From the NCBI GenBank assembly GCA_020721805.1, contig DYMB01000001.1, positions 243,149 through 307,148 on the forward strand: DNA of 64,000 nt. Reading direction: 5' to 3'. Of this stretch, positions 25,565 through 36,940 are shown in pieces. The DNA is from Acetofilamentum sp. Its GTDB lineage: Bacteria > Hydrothermota > 32-111. A model generated the notes under the pieces. That model saw nothing but the letters and a program-made list of their open reading frames with translations. It had not been told where the DNA came from and made no database searches. Numbering within the stretch: the stretch's first letter is position 1; the number at the start of each line of letters is the position of its first letter. Both the position numbers and the translations under genes were made by a program.

Positions 25565-28500
25565 GACAGTTTTTATATTTTTTTCCGGAACCGCAGAAAC
25601 ATGGATCGTTTCTTCCTATCTTTTTTGAAGTATTTACAATAGGCTTCAGTTTGGCCGGGTTTTCATCAGTTATGTTTGAAATATTTTTTTTAATCGTTTC
25701 AACCATCTTCAATTCTTTTCTTTTTATTTCCATTTTTTCAAACGAAGAAAGGAATTTTTGTGCAAAATCTTTAAAAAGGTTATCCATAAAATCACTGAAA
25801 AGTTGATATGCTTCCCTTTTAAATTCTATCAAAGGATCCCTCTGGGCATATCCTCTCAAAAATATTCCTTCCTTTATGGCATCAAGTTCGTAAAGTTGTT
25901 CTATCCATAGATTGTCTATACTATGTATAAACATATTTGATATGTTAAAAACCAGTATATCGGTTCTTTCAAAAAATGGAGAGATTTTTTCGTCGAATAT
26001 CTCTTTGATGCTTTTTAGTATATTTTCCAGTAAAAGATTACGGGGAATCTCTTCTTCTTTAGTCTTTATTGAAACTCTGAAATTGTTGATTAAAAATTCG
26101 TTTATTATTCCAAGTTCATCACCGCTAACCTGATTTTGAAAATTCTTTTCAACAAATTCTTTTACTACCTGGTTAATATTTTCAATTATATAGTCATAGA
26201 TGATTTTAAAATTATCTTTAAAGGTTTGATAAACTGTATCGTTAACCAATTTGAAAAAGTTTTCATCTATGTTTTCAAAAGAGAGTTCTTTTATTTTTTC
26301 ACAGTTCAAGATTATCGAAAGTTCTCTGATCTTTTCAGATTTTAGATTCTCATCATCCGTTTTTAAGAATTGATCTTTAAAATTCAAAAGAGTTTTCAAA
26401 AAAAGTTCTTTGTCAAGATATTCAATCGGAGGTTTTTTTTCAAGGAAAAAATTCCTTATCTGATAAACAACCTCTCTCTGCTTATTTATAACATCATCGT
26501 ATTGGAGTAGATATTTTCTTCTTTCAAAATTTAAAGATTCGATTTTTTTCTGAGCGTTTTCTATAGACGATGTTAGAAGTTTGTGGGATATGTTAACATC
26601 TTTTGATGAAAAGGATTCAAGCCTCTTTATGAGATCACTTATTCTTTCATTTCCAAATATTCTCATCAGATCATCTTCAAGTGAAACGGTAAAAAGGGAT
26701 GAACCGGGATCCCCCTGTCTCCCAGATCTGCCTCGTAGTTGTCTATCTATTCTTCTTGATTCATGTTTTTCAGTTCCAAGAACAAATAAACCCGGAGAAA
26801 AAGCAAGCACTGGTTTTCCATTTTTGTCGAATTCTACAAAAACTTTTCTGTTTTCAAAATCCTCTGGGTTGGTTATTTCAATACAGAATTTTGTGTTATC
26901 TGTTAGAAAAGAATCATCATCGGTTATCAATATTTTATTTTTTTCATTTTTTTCGTATGTAAAATATATAGATTTATCTTTAAGATATGGATCATTTTTA
27001 AGAATAAAATCTATATACTCTTTTGAGAGATCGTATCTATAAACTATAACAGGTTCTTTTGTTAGTTTTTCCTTAACAAAGAGAGCTTGCATCAAGCAAC
27101 TTCTTTCGGGTAACATCTTTATGGTTTGTCCGAGTTTGATATCGGTTCCTCTACCAGCCATATTTGTTGCAACGGTTATGGCTCCCTGAAGACCCGCTTC
27201 AGCAATTATCTTTGCCTCTTTTTCATGGTATCTTGCATTTAAAATATTGTATTTTAAAGTTTTACCCTGATTATCCTTTCTGTTTTTTAAAAATGAATCA
27301 AGATACTCACTCGATTGAACCGATGCGGTTCCGACAAGTATCGGTATCCCAGCATTGTGGAGTTTATTGATAAGATCTATAACATATTTTATCTTTTCAT
27401 CTTTTCTTATGAAAATAATATCGTTGTAATCTTTTCTTATAACCTTTTTGTTTGTTGGAATAACTATAACAGGTAATTTGTATATATGTAAAAATTCATC
27501 CTGTTCGGTTTCAGCGGTTCCAGTCATTCCAGAAAGTCTTTCAAACATTCTGAAAAGATTCTGCAAAGTTATTGTAGCGAGTGTTTTGGTCTCCTCTTCT
27601 ATTCTCACATCTTCCTTTGCTTCTATAGCTGAATGGAGTCCTTCAGAGAATCTTCTTCCGGGCATCAGTCTTCCGGTATGCTCATCCACTATTACAACTT
27701 TTCCATTCTGAACTATATATTCAACATCTTTTTCGAAAAGGGTGTAAGCCTTTAAAAGTTGATGTAAAGCATGTATCTGTTCACTTTTTAAAATGTATTG
27801 TTGCATTATTTGGTTTTTCTGTTTGTTTTTTTCAGCGGGATCTTCAACAGTTTCATCTATATTTTTTAATTCTGTGGAAAGTTCAGGTGTTTTAAAAAAT
27901 TCTTTATCACCATATATCTTTTCAAAATAATCTTCCCCTTTATCGGTGATAGTTATCCCACCACTCTTCTCATCTATCGAATAGAGGAGTTCCTCATCAA
28001 GTGTATGTAAAATTTTATCTCTTATAAAAATATTTTCCATTTTTTCCATTTTTGCGATGATCTCTGAATTGTTTAGAAGATCTGTAATCTCCTTCATCTT
28101 TGGGAAACCCCTTTTTGCAGATAAAAATAGTTTTATCGCATCATCCTCTTTACCTTCTTCAAAAGTTCTTTTTGCTTTTTGAAAAATATTTTTTACGATT
28201 TCCTTTTGTGTCCTAACGAACTGATTTACAGATGGATTCAAACTCCTATAGAGTTGTTCTGTTCTTTTTTCCTCCGGATCTCCAAAAGGATAACCTGAAA
28301 TTATAAGTGGGGTTCTTGCCTCATCTATCAAAACAGAGTCAACCTCATCTATTATAGCATAGTAAAAGTTCTCTCTCAAAACCTTGTCGGATCTTTGAAA
28401 AGCCATGTTGTCTCTTAAATAATCAAATCCAAATTCATTGTTGGTAACATAGGTTACATCACAGTTATAGTTTTTTCTTCTTTCCTCTGGTGTCATTCCC

Positions 28501-29018
28501 ATCTGGATCAAGCCAACCGAAATCCCAAGTCTTTCAAATACTGGAAACATCCATGCTTTATCCCTCTTTGCAAGATAGTCGTTAACAGTTATAAGGTATG
28601 CACCTCTTTTTTTAAGTGAATGCAAATATAAAGGCATAACAGCTACAAGTGTTTTACCTTCACCTGTTGCCATCTCAACTATGTTTCCTTCAAAAAGTGC
28701 AGCGGATCCCAACAGTTGAACATCGAAAGGAACCATATCCCATACGAATTTCATATCCTCATATGTGTATTCAAATTTTTCATCGTAGAGTTTTTTCATC
28801 ACATATTTTACCAGAGCAAAGGATTCAACGATCATCTCTGAAGGATTCTCTCCATCCTCTATCCTCTTTATGAATTCATAGGTTTTCTTTTTTGGATCAA
28901 GCAAGGGATCCTTTAAGTATATTTCATAGGTTTCGTTTATCTTTTCAACCAGTCTATCGTACTCTTTTAATTTTTTTTGAGAGTAGGAAGGGAAAATTTT
29001 TTTAAACAAGTTTAGCAT
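25548..29018 (-). CDS. secA: Preprotein translocase ATPase SecA (long, with insertions)
   Basis: MATGEGKT, VNDYLA, DEVDSVLIDEARTPLIISG, GMTGTA, ATNMAGRGTDI, HESRRID.QLRGRSGRQGDPG, SEC-C motif CFCGSGKKYKNCH. Confidence 0.98.
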   Translation of the reverse strand: MLNLFKKIFPSYSQKKLKEYDRLVEKINETYEIYLKDPLLDPKKKTYEFIKRIEDGENPSEMIVESFALVKYVMKKLYDEKFEYTYEDMKFVWDMVPFDVQLLGSAALFEGNIVEMATGEGKTLVAVMPLYLHSLKKRGAYLITVNDYLAKRDKAWMFPVFERLGISVGLIQMGMTPEERRKNYNCDVTYVTNNEFGFDYLRDNMAFQRSDKVLRENFYYAIIDEVDSVLIDEARTPLIISGYPFGDPEEKRTEQLYRSLNPSVNQFVRTQKEIVKNIFQKAKRTFEEGKEDDAIKLFLSAKRGFPKMKEITDLLNNSEIIAKMEKMENIFIRDKILHTLDEELLYSIDEKSGGITITDKGEDYFEKIYGDKEFFKTPELSTELKNIDETVEDPAEKNKQKNQIMQQYILKSEQIHALHQLLKAYTLFEKDVEYIVQNGKVVIVDEHTGRLMPGRRFSEGLHSAIEAKEDVRIEEETKTLATITLQNLFRMFERLSGMTGTAETEQDEFLHIYKLPVIVIPTNKKVIRKDYNDIIFIRKDEKIKYVIDLINKLHNAGIPILVGTASVQSSEYLDSFLKNRKDNQGKTLKYNILNARYHEKEAKIIAEAGLQGAITVATNMAGRGTDIKLGQTIKMLPERSCLMQALFVKEKLTKEPVIVYRYDLSKEYIDFILKNDPYLKDKSIYFTYEKNEKNKILITDDDSFLTDNTKFCIEITNPEDFENRKVFVEFDKNGKPVLAFSPGLFVLGTEKHESRRIDRQLRGRSGRQGDPGSSLFTVSLEDDLMRIFGNERISDLIKRLESFSSKDVNISHKLLTSSIENAQKKIESLNFERRKYLLQYDDVINKQREVVYQIRNFFLEKKPPIEYLDKELFLKTLLNFKDQFLKTDDENLKSEKIRELSIILNCEKIKELSFENIDENFFKLVNDTVYQTFKDNFKIIYDYIIENINQVVKEFVEKNFQNQVSGDELGIINEFLINNFRVSIKTKEEEIPRNLLLENILKSIKEIFDEKISPFFERTDILVFNISNMFIHSIDNLWIEQLYELDAIKEGIFLRGYAQRDPLIEFKREAYQLFSDFMDNLFKDFAQKFLSSFEKMEIKRKELKMVETIKKNISNITDENPAKLKPIVNTSKKIGRNDPCFCGSGKKYKNCHGKNK

Positions 29019-30891
29019 CCATTATCTCCTGTAATTTTTCATAGATTCCATTCTCATCCAATTTTTCGATTTCCCTTAAAATTTTTTGTGTTCCCATTTC
29101 AACAAATTTATCATCTATACCCAAATTTATGACTATATTTTTGAGTTTTCTGTAACTTAAAATCCTTGAAACATATTCTCCCATACCACCTGAAAGTATG
29201 TTTTCTTCAACCGTTAATATAACTTCATTATTCCTTATTCTGGAAAGAAGGAGTTCAATATCAAAAGGTTTAACGAATCTTGCGTTTATCAGAACAGGAG
29301 AGAAGTTATACTTTTCTTTGAATTTCAGAGCGGCATTTTTTGCTGGATAGACGGTGTTTCCAATCGCAACGATTATTATTTTTTCTCCTTCAAGTAGAAT
29401 CTCACCTTTTCCAAAAGATATATCTTTAATCTCACCTGAAATATCTACACCGTATCCTTCACCTCTTGGGTATCTTAAAGCTATCGGTCCCTTATCGTAT
29501 TCAAGTCCAAGTTTAATCATACTCCTGAGTTCATCCTCATCTTTTGGAGACATTATAACCATATCCGGAACAGTTCTTAAATATGAAAGATCAAAGATTC
29601 CGTGATGGGTAGGCCCATCATCACCAACTATACCTGCACGATCGAGAACAAAGAAAATATTCCTTTTCATAAGTGATGCATCATGTATCAGTTGATCGTA
29701 GGATCTTTGAAGAAATGTTGAATATATCGCGCAAACAGGTTTATATCCCTGAAGTGATAAGCCAACGGAAAAAAGAACAGCATGCCCTTCAGCGATCCCA
29801 ACATCGAAAAATCTTTTTGGAAAAGCATCCCTGAAATATGATAGCCCTGTTCCATCTGGCATGGCTGCGGTTATGGCTACTATTCTATCATTATTTTTTG
29901 AAAGTTCCGTCAAAGTTTTTCCAAAGACATCGGTATATTTCACACAGCCTTTACTTTTTTCACATGAACCTGTCTCTTTATCGAATATCGATATCCCATG
30001 AAATTTTACAGGATTTTTTTCCGCAAATATATATCCTCTACCTTTTTGTGTTATAGTATGTATAAGTATAGGTGATGGATAATTTTTTGCATATCTTAAG
30101 GTTGCTATGAGTTCTTCAATTTTATGGCCATCGAGTGGTCCTATATATCTTAAGCCAAACTCTTCAAAGAATATTGTTGGAATGAAAAAATTTTTTAAAG
30201 ATTCTTTCATTCTTCTTGAAAGATCCCTTGTCTTGTTACCAAGACTGGAAGGTAGTTTACCCATCAACTGCCACAGATCGCTCTTCAGATTAGTATATGC
30301 GTGGGTTCTTTGCAATTTGTTTAAATATTGGGAAATTCCACCAACATTTTCTGATATTGACATCTTGTTATCGTTTAAAATCACTATAATTTTATTTTTC
30401 AGGTTTGCAAGGTTGTTTAAAGCCTCGTAAACCAACCCATTTGTCATGGCACCGTCTCCTATAAGAACGACTATGTCAAAATTTTCTTTTTTCAGATCTC
30501 TCGCAACAGCCATTCCAAGTGCTGCGGAAAGGGATGTCCCTGCATGACCAACCGTGAGATGGTCATATTCACTTTCAAAAATATTGTTGAATCCGCTTAA
30601 ACCTTTATATGTCCTTAAAAGGTTAAAACGATCCTTTCTTCCAGTAAGTATTTTGTGTGCATAGGACTGATGCCCAACATCGAAAATGAACTTATCTTTT
30701 GGAGAATCGAAAACATAGTGCATCGCTATGATAATTTCTATCGCACCTAGAGATGGAGCAAGATGCCCTCCTGTTTTTGATGTGTTTTCAATGATAAAAT
30801 ATCTCAGATCACTTGCGAGTTGGTATAGTTCATCGATAGATAAATTTTTTAAATCTTTTGGTGTATTAACTTTTTGCAATATATTATCCAT
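29002..30891 (-). CDS. dxs: 1-deoxy-D-xylulose-5-phosphate synthase
   Basis: GGHLAPSLG, DVGHQSYAHK, GDGAM..G...EALN, NDN, GIAEGHAV, YSTFLQR, DGPTHHG. Confidence 0.97.
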   Translation of the reverse strand: MDNILQKVNTPKDLKNLSIDELYQLASDLRYFIIENTSKTGGHLAPSLGAIEIIIAMHYVFDSPKDKFIFDVGHQSYAHKILTGRKDRFNLLRTYKGLSGFNNIFESEYDHLTVGHAGTSLSAALGMAVARDLKKENFDIVVLIGDGAMTNGLVYEALNNLANLKNKIIVILNDNKMSISENVGGISQYLNKLQRTHAYTNLKSDLWQLMGKLPSSLGNKTRDLSRRMKESLKNFFIPTIFFEEFGLRYIGPLDGHKIEELIATLRYAKNYPSPILIHTITQKGRGYIFAEKNPVKFHGISIFDKETGSCEKSKGCVKYTDVFGKTLTELSKNNDRIVAITAAMPDGTGLSYFRDAFPKRFFDVGIAEGHAVLFSVGLSLQGYKPVCAIYSTFLQRSYDQLIHDASLMKRNIFFVLDRAGIVGDDGPTHHGIFDLSYLRTVPDMVIMSPKDEDELRSMIKLGLEYDKGPIALRYPRGEGYGVDISGEIKDISFGKGEILLEGEKIIIVAIGNTVYPAKNAALKFKEKYNFSPVLINARFVKPFDIELLLSRIRNNEVILTVEENILSGGMGEYVSRILSYRKLKNIVINLGIDDKFVEMGTQKILREIEKLDENGIYEKLQEIMDAKLV

Positions 30892-30902
30892 TATTTCTCC
30901 AT

Positions 30903-31328
30903 CTATTTAAAAATTATGGCTATTATTATACCAAGTAGTGAACCGAATAAAACTTCTATAGGGGTATGCCCAAGAAACTCCATCAATCTTTTTTCTTTAA
31001 ACTTGTGTTCCATTTGGAAATCTTCTATTATTTTGTTTAAAACCTGAGCCTGTTTCCCAGCAGACCTTCTTAAACCTGCAGCATCATACATTATCACCGA
31101 TGAAAAGAATGCTGCTATTGAAAAATATAGTGAATTGAATCCACCATAGAATCCTACAAGAGTTGTAAGGGTTGCTGATGTTGAAGCATGTGAACTTGGC
31201 ATTCCACCTGTTTCAAAGAATCTTTTAAAATTTATTTTTTTATACTGTTTGTAATATGTGATAACCTTTATAAATTGCGCGGTAAAACCACTAAGGAGTG
31301 TTAATAATAAAATTTTTACAGTTAACAT
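30903..31328 (-). CDS. Divergent PAP2 family membrane protein (DUF212)
   Basis: AQFIK, GGMPSSH, MYDAAGLR...GKQA.VLN, LGHTP.EV. Confidence 0.9.
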   Translation of the reverse strand: MLTVKILLLTLLSGFTAQFIKVITYYKQYKKINFKRFFETGGMPSSHASTSATLTTLVGFYGGFNSLYFSIAAFFSSVIMYDAAGLRRSAGKQAQVLNKIIEDFQMEHKFKEKRLMEFLGHTPIEVLFGSLLGIIIAIIFK

Positions 31329-32218
31329 CAATTTATCCTTGTTAAAAATATATCTATTATTTTTTCCAATCTTCCTGTTGTAATTTCCATTTTTTTTATG
31401 TATTTCAATGCTCTATCTGCCTCTTTTCTTGCGAATTCTTTTGCTTGCTTGAGATCGAATAAATTCACATAGGTTAATTTGTTTTGTTTCTGATCCTTCC
31501 CAGCTGTTTTACCTAAAACACTTGAAGATGAAGTCATATCAAGGATATCATCGATTATCTGGAAAAGAAGACCAGCATGTAAACCGAGTCTTTCAAGTAA
31601 ATTTATTTTTTGTTCATCGTACCCAAGAAGTATAGAGGGAAGTGTAAAACTGGCTTGTATCATCGCAGCAGTTTTTTTTGTATGAATGAAGTTCAATGTT
31701 TTTATATCCTTTTTAAAATAATCACTCTTAGTATCCACAAATTGACCTGCTACCATTCCTTTCATTCCACTTGCTTTTATGAGTTTTTCTAATCCTGAAA
31801 CAATATACTCATATTCTGTTTTTGTTTTTAAAAAAGTTTCTATAGCATATGCGAATAGAGCATCACCTGCAAGTATAGCGGTTGTTTCATCATATTTTTT
31901 ATGAAGAGTGGGTTTTCCTCTTCTCAAGTCATCATTATCCATTGATGGAAGATCATCATGGATCAGAGAGTAGGTATGTATCATCTCTATTGAGCATGCA
32001 GCAGGAAGAAGATCTTTTGTTCTTCTTGTTTCTCCAAGTTCGTCCAGAACGGTAAGAAAGATTATCGGTCTTAACCTTTTCCCACCGGCTGAAATTGAAT
32101 AATACATAGCCTCATATAACCTTTTAGTGAACTTATCCTCTCTTATAAAATATTTTTTAAGATTTTCCTCTATAAGTTTTTTCTTTTTTTCTAAATAAAG
32201 TTCAAATTCACTCTTCAT
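31328..32218 (-). CDS. ispA: Farnesyl/geranylgeranyl diphosphate synthase
   Basis: GGKRLRP, SLIHDDLPSMDNDDLRRGKPT, GQ, KT, FQIIDDILD, GKTAGKD. Start placed at the ATG of MKSEF. Confidence 0.93.
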   Translation of the reverse strand: MKSEFELYLEKKKKLIEENLKKYFIREDKFTKRLYEAMYYSISAGGKRLRPIIFLTVLDELGETRRTKDLLPAACSIEMIHTYSLIHDDLPSMDNDDLRRGKPTLHKKYDETTAILAGDALFAYAIETFLKTKTEYEYIVSGLEKLIKASGMKGMVAGQFVDTKSDYFKKDIKTLNFIHTKKTAAMIQASFTLPSILLGYDEQKINLLERLGLHAGLLFQIIDDILDMTSSSSVLGKTAGKDQKQNKLTYVNLFDLKQAKEFARKEADRALKYIKKMEITTGRLEKIIDIFLTRIN

Positions 32219-32420
32219 CTTCGTTCTCTTCAACTATTTTTTTTATCTTCTCTTCATAAAATTTTATCTTTTCTTCAACTTCTTTTATAAGTTTAATTCC
32301 TTTTTCATACATTTCAATAGATTTTTTAATATCAATATTTTCATCCTTTAAAATTTTTACGATCTCTTCAATCTCCTTTATCTTATCTTCTAATTTTTCG
32401 TTTTTTGTTTCTTCGTTCAT
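32208..32420 (-). CDS. xseB: Exodeoxyribonuclease VII small subunit
   Basis: 70 aa, IEEIV..L.....I..SI..YEKG..L, located between xseA and ispA. Confidence 0.85.
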   Translation of the reverse strand: MNEETKNEKLEDKIKEIEEIVKILKDENIDIKKSIEMYEKGIKLIKEVEEKIKFYEEKIKKIVEENEDEE

Positions 32421-33751
32421 ATTTTCTCCTCTTTTATTTTTTTCACTTCGCTTTGAACAACTCCATCACTTAAAATTATATCTATATTTGAATTTATCTT
32501 TATGTTCTTTATTGAGTTTATCGTATTTTTTTGAGCATCCACAACTATCGAATATCCTCTTTTGAGTATCTGGGAAGGGTTTAAATTAACAAGTGAATCT
32601 TTCAACATTTTAAGATCTTTTGTAAGAAGGCTAAATCTATTTTTTAAATCAAGGGTCATCTGATTTTTCATCATAGATATAAAATTTTTCTTTTCCACTA
32701 TTTTTAAAAGAGGGGAGTATTTTAAAATGGTATTCTTCAACAGATCTTTTCTATTTTTATAATCGTTTATTTTTTTGTTTAAAATGCTCTCCATCTCTTC
32801 AAGCAAAAATCCTATTTTTTCCTTTTTTTTGTTTATCGGAACGATTGTGGATATAAAAAATGTTTTTTTCAAACTTGAAAATGTTTGCTTCTTGTTGGTA
32901 ATTTTCTTTATTAAATCCCTTTTGAGTTCAATTTCTGATCTGGTCAAAAAATCAAGAATATCATCAACATTTTTAACTATAATTTCAGCGGCAGCGGAGG
33001 GTGTTGGTGCCCTTAGATCAGATACGAAATCACATATTGTAAAATCTGTCTGATGGCCGACCGCAGATACTACAGGTATTTTTGATTTTGCGATTTCTCT
33101 TGCGAGTCTTTCATCGTTGAACACGAAAAGATCTTCAAAGGATCCACCACCTCTTGCTATTATTATCAGATCAACATTTTTTTTTCTGTTAAAATATTTT
33201 AATCCTTTTATGATACTCTTTTCACTTCCCTCACCCTGCACCGATGCTGGATACAGGTATTTTTTTAAATAGGGTGCCCTTCTTTTTAATATGTTTAAGA
33301 TATCATGTAAAACTGAACCAGTTTGAGAAGTTATAATCCCTATGGATAGAGGGTAGATTGGTAAAGGTTTCTTTCTTTCAGAAGAGAACAATCCTTCTTT
33401 TTCAAGTTTTTCTTTTAGTTTCAAAAATTTTTCATACAGTTCTCCAACACCTGACAATTTTATATCTTCAACTATTATCTGATACTGACCCTGTTTCTCA
33501 TACACCGTAAGATGCCCTTTTATCAAAACTTTATTCCCATCTTTAAAACTTTTATCAATTTTTGTTGATCTCCAGATTATACATTTTATAAGAGAATCTT
33601 CATCTTTTATTGAAAAATAGATATGACCTGATGGACTTTCGCTCCAATTGGTAATTTCACCTGTTATTTTGAAATTGGATGGAAAATTATCCTCTATAAG
33701 GTTTTTTAAAATTTCGGTTATCTGTGTAACCGTGTAAATTTTATCTTCCAT
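32417..33751 (-). CDS. xseA: Exodeoxyribonuclease VII large subunit
   Basis: GEI, SGHIYFSIKD, VQG, ARGGGS.EDL..FN, SAVGHQTD, RAPTPSAAAE, LKRGY. Confidence 0.96.
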   Translation of the reverse strand: MEDKIYTVTQITEILKNLIEDNFPSNFKITGEITNWSESPSGHIYFSIKDEDSLIKCIIWRSTKIDKSFKDGNKVLIKGHLTVYEKQGQYQIIVEDIKLSGVGELYEKFLKLKEKLEKEGLFSSERKKPLPIYPLSIGIITSQTGSVLHDILNILKRRAPYLKKYLYPASVQGEGSEKSIIKGLKYFNRKKNVDLIIIARGGGSFEDLFVFNDERLAREIAKSKIPVVSAVGHQTDFTICDFVSDLRAPTPSAAAEIIVKNVDDILDFLTRSEIELKRDLIKKITNKKQTFSSLKKTFFISTIVPINKKKEKIGFLLEEMESILNKKINDYKNRKDLLKNTILKYSPLLKIVEKKNFISMMKNQMTLDLKNRFSLLTKDLKMLKDSLVNLNPSQILKRGYSIVVDAQKNTINSIKNIKINSNIDIILSDGVVQSEVKKIKEEKI

Positions 33752-34577
33752 ATTCTTTTTTCAAGATCAAAAGATTTTGGAAAAGCGTTGCAACGGTTAC
33801 GGGTCCTATACCTCCTGGAACCGGGGTATAAGCACTTGATAATGGATAGGTATCGCTAAAGATATCTCCAACGATTTTTCCATCATAATAGTTTATCCCA
33901 ACATCTAAAAGTATAGGTTTATTTGTACCTATAAAATCACCTGTTAGAAAGAAGGGTTTCCCAATAGCGGAAACTATTATATCAGCATTTTTTGTAAATG
34001 ATTTTATCTCCTTTGATTTTGAGTGAAGAACAGTCACAGATGCACCGCCATCTCTTTTGGAAAGAAAGAGAAGAGCAAGCGGTTTACCAACTATTTCAGA
34101 TCTTCCCAGTATAACAACATTTTTACCTGTAAAATCTAAATTTTCATACTTTAGAGTCTGTATAACCGCAGATGCTGTCGATGGTGCTATGATGAAATTA
34201 TCGGTTATCAGTTTTCCATAGTTTTTTAGAGTTATACAATCCACATCCTTTTTATAATCGAGTATCTGGGATATTTTTTTAAGATCTATTCTTTCTGGTA
34301 AAGGTTTTTCGATTATTATTCCATCAAGTTCTTTTGAGTTTGAAATATTTTCGATCTCATTTAAAAAATCCTCGTTTGAGATATTCTCATCATAGTTGAA
34401 AAGTTTTATGTTTATAAAATAATCTTTTGCTATTTTGATTTTGGATTTTATATATGAAATTGTTGAAGGGGAGTTGCCAATATAAACTACACCAAGGTTT
34501 GGTTTATATTTTTTAAAATCTTCTAAATTTTTTTCAAGTATCAATTGTGAGATCCTTTTACCATCAATCCGATACAT
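33741..34577 (-). CDS. folD: Methylenetetrahydrofolate dehydrogenase/cyclohydrolase
   Basis: KDVD, GRSEIVGKP, DVGIN, GD, TPVPGGIGPVT. Confidence 0.95.
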   Translation of the reverse strand: MYRIDGKRISQLILEKNLEDFKKYKPNLGVVYIGNSPSTISYIKSKIKIAKDYFINIKLFNYDENISNEDFLNEIENISNSKELDGIIIEKPLPERIDLKKISQILDYKKDVDCITLKNYGKLITDNFIIAPSTASAVIQTLKYENLDFTGKNVVILGRSEIVGKPLALLFLSKRDGGASVTVLHSKSKEIKSFTKNADIIVSAIGKPFFLTGDFIGTNKPILLDVGINYYDGKIVGDIFSDTYPLSSAYTPVPGGIGPVTVATLFQNLLILKKEYGR

Positions 34578-35349
34578 ACCTGAATATCCTTTCTATTTTT
34601 ACAGTTTTAAAACTATTTTTATCTATCTGTAAAAAAACGGCTGATAGTATCATATTATTTTTTGCAACTTCTAGCCTTTGTGGTATCTGATAGAGGTTCT
34701 TTTTCAATGCACTTTCTTTTTCAAATCCTATTATCGAGTTGAAACTACCAGTCATACCAACATCGGTTATAAAACCTGTTCCGTTCTCAAGTATTCTTTC
34801 ATCGGAAGTCTGACAATGTGTATGTGTTCCAATAACTGCGGAGACTCTACCATCAAGGAAAAACCCAAAAGATTGTTTTTCTGCGGTAGCTTCAGCATGA
34901 AAATCAACTATCCTTATCATACTGCTATTTTCAGAAAGATATATATCAACAGTTTTAAATGGACAATCAATAGGTTGCATAAATATTCTTCCACACAGAT
35001 TCAAAACTTCAATTTCTATATCGTTACACTTAAATTTTGAAACACCTTTTCCAGGAAGTTCTGAACTATAATTCATAGGCCTTAGTATTCTTGGGTCGGT
35101 TAAAAGTTCAACATATTCTTTATTGTCCCATACATGGTTTCCAGTTGTAATACATCCTATACCCATTGAAAACAAAAAATCTGTTGTTTTTTTAGTTATA
35201 CCAAAACCTCCGGCAATATTTTCTCCATTAGCGATTATGAAATCAGGTTTGTATATTTCCTTTAGATTTTTTATATCCTTTGAAAGAGCGTTTCTTCCAG
35301 TTTTCCCGATAATATCACCTATAAAAAGTATATTTATATTATTTTGCAT
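34564..35349 (-). CDS. ymdB: YmdB-family metallophosphoesterase (TIGR00282)
   Basis: [37 protein letters not shown]; directly downstream of rny. Confidence 0.93.
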   Translation of the reverse strand: MQNNINILFIGDIIGKTGRNALSKDIKNLKEIYKPDFIIANGENIAGGFGITKKTTDFLFSMGIGCITTGNHVWDNKEYVELLTDPRILRPMNYSSELPGKGVSKFKCNDIEIEVLNLCGRIFMQPIDCPFKTVDIYLSENSSMIRIVDFHAEATAEKQSFGFFLDGRVSAVIGTHTHCQTSDERILENGTGFITDVGMTGSFNSIIGFEKESALKKNLYQIPQRLEVAKNNMILSAVFLQIDKNSFKTVKIERIFRYVSD

Positions 35350-36919
35350 AATCTATAGCTCTCGTTTCTCTTATAATAGTTACCTTTATCTGTCCTGGAT
35401 ATTTTAACTCCTGTTCTATTCTTCTTGCTATCTGATGGGATAGTTCTTCAGCTTCAGCATCGGTTATCTGTTCAGGAATAACCATAACCCTTATTTCTCT
35501 TCCAGCCTGTATGGCATAAGCTTTTTCAACACCGTTGAAACTGTTAGCTATTTCCTCGAGTTTTTCGAGTCTTTCTATATAAGCCTCAAGAGTCTCCCTT
35601 CTTGCTCCCGGTCTTGCTCCGGATATCGCATCAGCTGTAGATACGAGAATCGATATCAGGTTATTTGGTTCAACATCTCCATGATGACTTTCGATAGCGT
35701 TTATCACTATCTGATCCTCGCCATATTTTTTTGCAAGTTCTGAACCTATTTTTGTATGGGTTCCTTCAAAATTTTGATCAACCGCTTTTCCTATATCATG
35801 AAGGAGACCAGCCCTTTTCGCAATATAACTGTTTTCAATTTCAAGTTCATCAGCCATCATGGCAGCAAGGTATGCAACCTCTTTGGAATGTTGTAAAACA
35901 TTTTGTCCATAACTTGTTCTATATTTTAACCTTCCTATAAGTTTTATCATCTCCGGATGCATATTGGATATGTTGAGTTCAACAAGTGTTTCTTCACCTA
36001 TATTCTTTATATTCTCTTCCATCTCTTCAAAGGTTTTTTTAACTATCTCTTCAATCCTTGTTGGTTGTATCCTGCCATCGGAGATTAGTTTTATAAGTGA
36101 TAATCTTGCCACCTCTCTCCTTACCGGATCGAATCCGGAGAGTGTAACAGCATCAGGAGTGTCATCTATTATAACTTCAACACCAGTAGAGTTTTCAAAA
36201 GTTCTTATATTCCTTCCTTCCCTTCCTATTATTCTTCCCTTCATTTCCTCATTTGGCAGGTTCACAACGCTTACCGTAGATTCCACTACATGGTCTGTTG
36301 CGGATCTCTGTATGGCGAGTGTTATAATCTCCTTTGCTTCCTTCTGTGCTTTTTGTAAAGTATCCTCTTTTATCTGTTTTATCATATTTGCCGCTTGGAG
36401 TTTTGCTTCGGTTTCAAGATTCTGCATAAGTATTTTTATAGCCTCATCTTTTGACATTTGAGCTATCTGCTCAAGTTTTTTATTCTCTTCTTCTAAAAGT
36501 TTTGTTAATCTTTCATTTTTTGCCTTAACAGTCTTTTCTTTAAGAAAAAGTTCCCTTTCCCTTTGTAAAAGATTGGTTTCCTTTTTAGTTAAGAGTTCAT
36601 TCTTCTTTTCTATATTTTTTTCCCGATCCTCTATCGATTGTTCGGATCTTCTCAATTCGTTTCTTTTTTCTCTCAACTGTTTTTCAAATTGTTCATTTTT
36701 TCTGGCTATCTCCTCTTTGGTTTCAAGTAATGATAACCTTTTTTGTGCTTCAATCTCTCTTTTCGCGTCCTTGAGTATCTTTTTCGATGTTTCATCAGCA
36801 TCCTTCAATTTATTTTTGATACTTATTTTACCAATAAGGTAACCAACAAAATATCCAAGAATGCCAAGGATCAAAGTCAAGAGAGTTCCAATTATAATGA
36901 TCAATAATTTTGGATCCAT
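35339..36919 (-). CDS. rny: Ribonuclease Y
   Basis: N-terminal TM, coiled coil, KH domain ([13 protein letters not shown]), HD domain (LLHDIGK), [17 protein letters not shown]. Confidence 0.98.
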   Translation of the reverse strand: MDPKLLIIIIGTLLTLILGILGYFVGYLIGKISIKNKLKDADETSKKILKDAKREIEAQKRLSLLETKEEIARKNEQFEKQLREKRNELRRSEQSIEDREKNIEKKNELLTKKETNLLQRERELFLKEKTVKAKNERLTKLLEEENKKLEQIAQMSKDEAIKILMQNLETEAKLQAANMIKQIKEDTLQKAQKEAKEIITLAIQRSATDHVVESTVSVVNLPNEEMKGRIIGREGRNIRTFENSTGVEVIIDDTPDAVTLSGFDPVRREVARLSLIKLISDGRIQPTRIEEIVKKTFEEMEENIKNIGEETLVELNISNMHPEMIKLIGRLKYRTSYGQNVLQHSKEVAYLAAMMADELEIENSYIAKRAGLLHDIGKAVDQNFEGTHTKIGSELAKKYGEDQIVINAIESHHGDVEPNNLISILVSTADAISGARPGARRETLEAYIERLEKLEEIANSFNGVEKAYAIQAGREIRVMVIPEQITDAEAEELSHQIARRIEQELKYPGQIKVTIIRETRAIDYAK

Positions 36920-36940
36920 AAATTTTCTCCTTAAAATAAA

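Noticed and set aside
26795-27128. SecA insertion as an intein
   Set aside because: No N-terminal Cys/Ser block, no His-Asn end and no LAGLIDADG motif; it sits at the known variable site.
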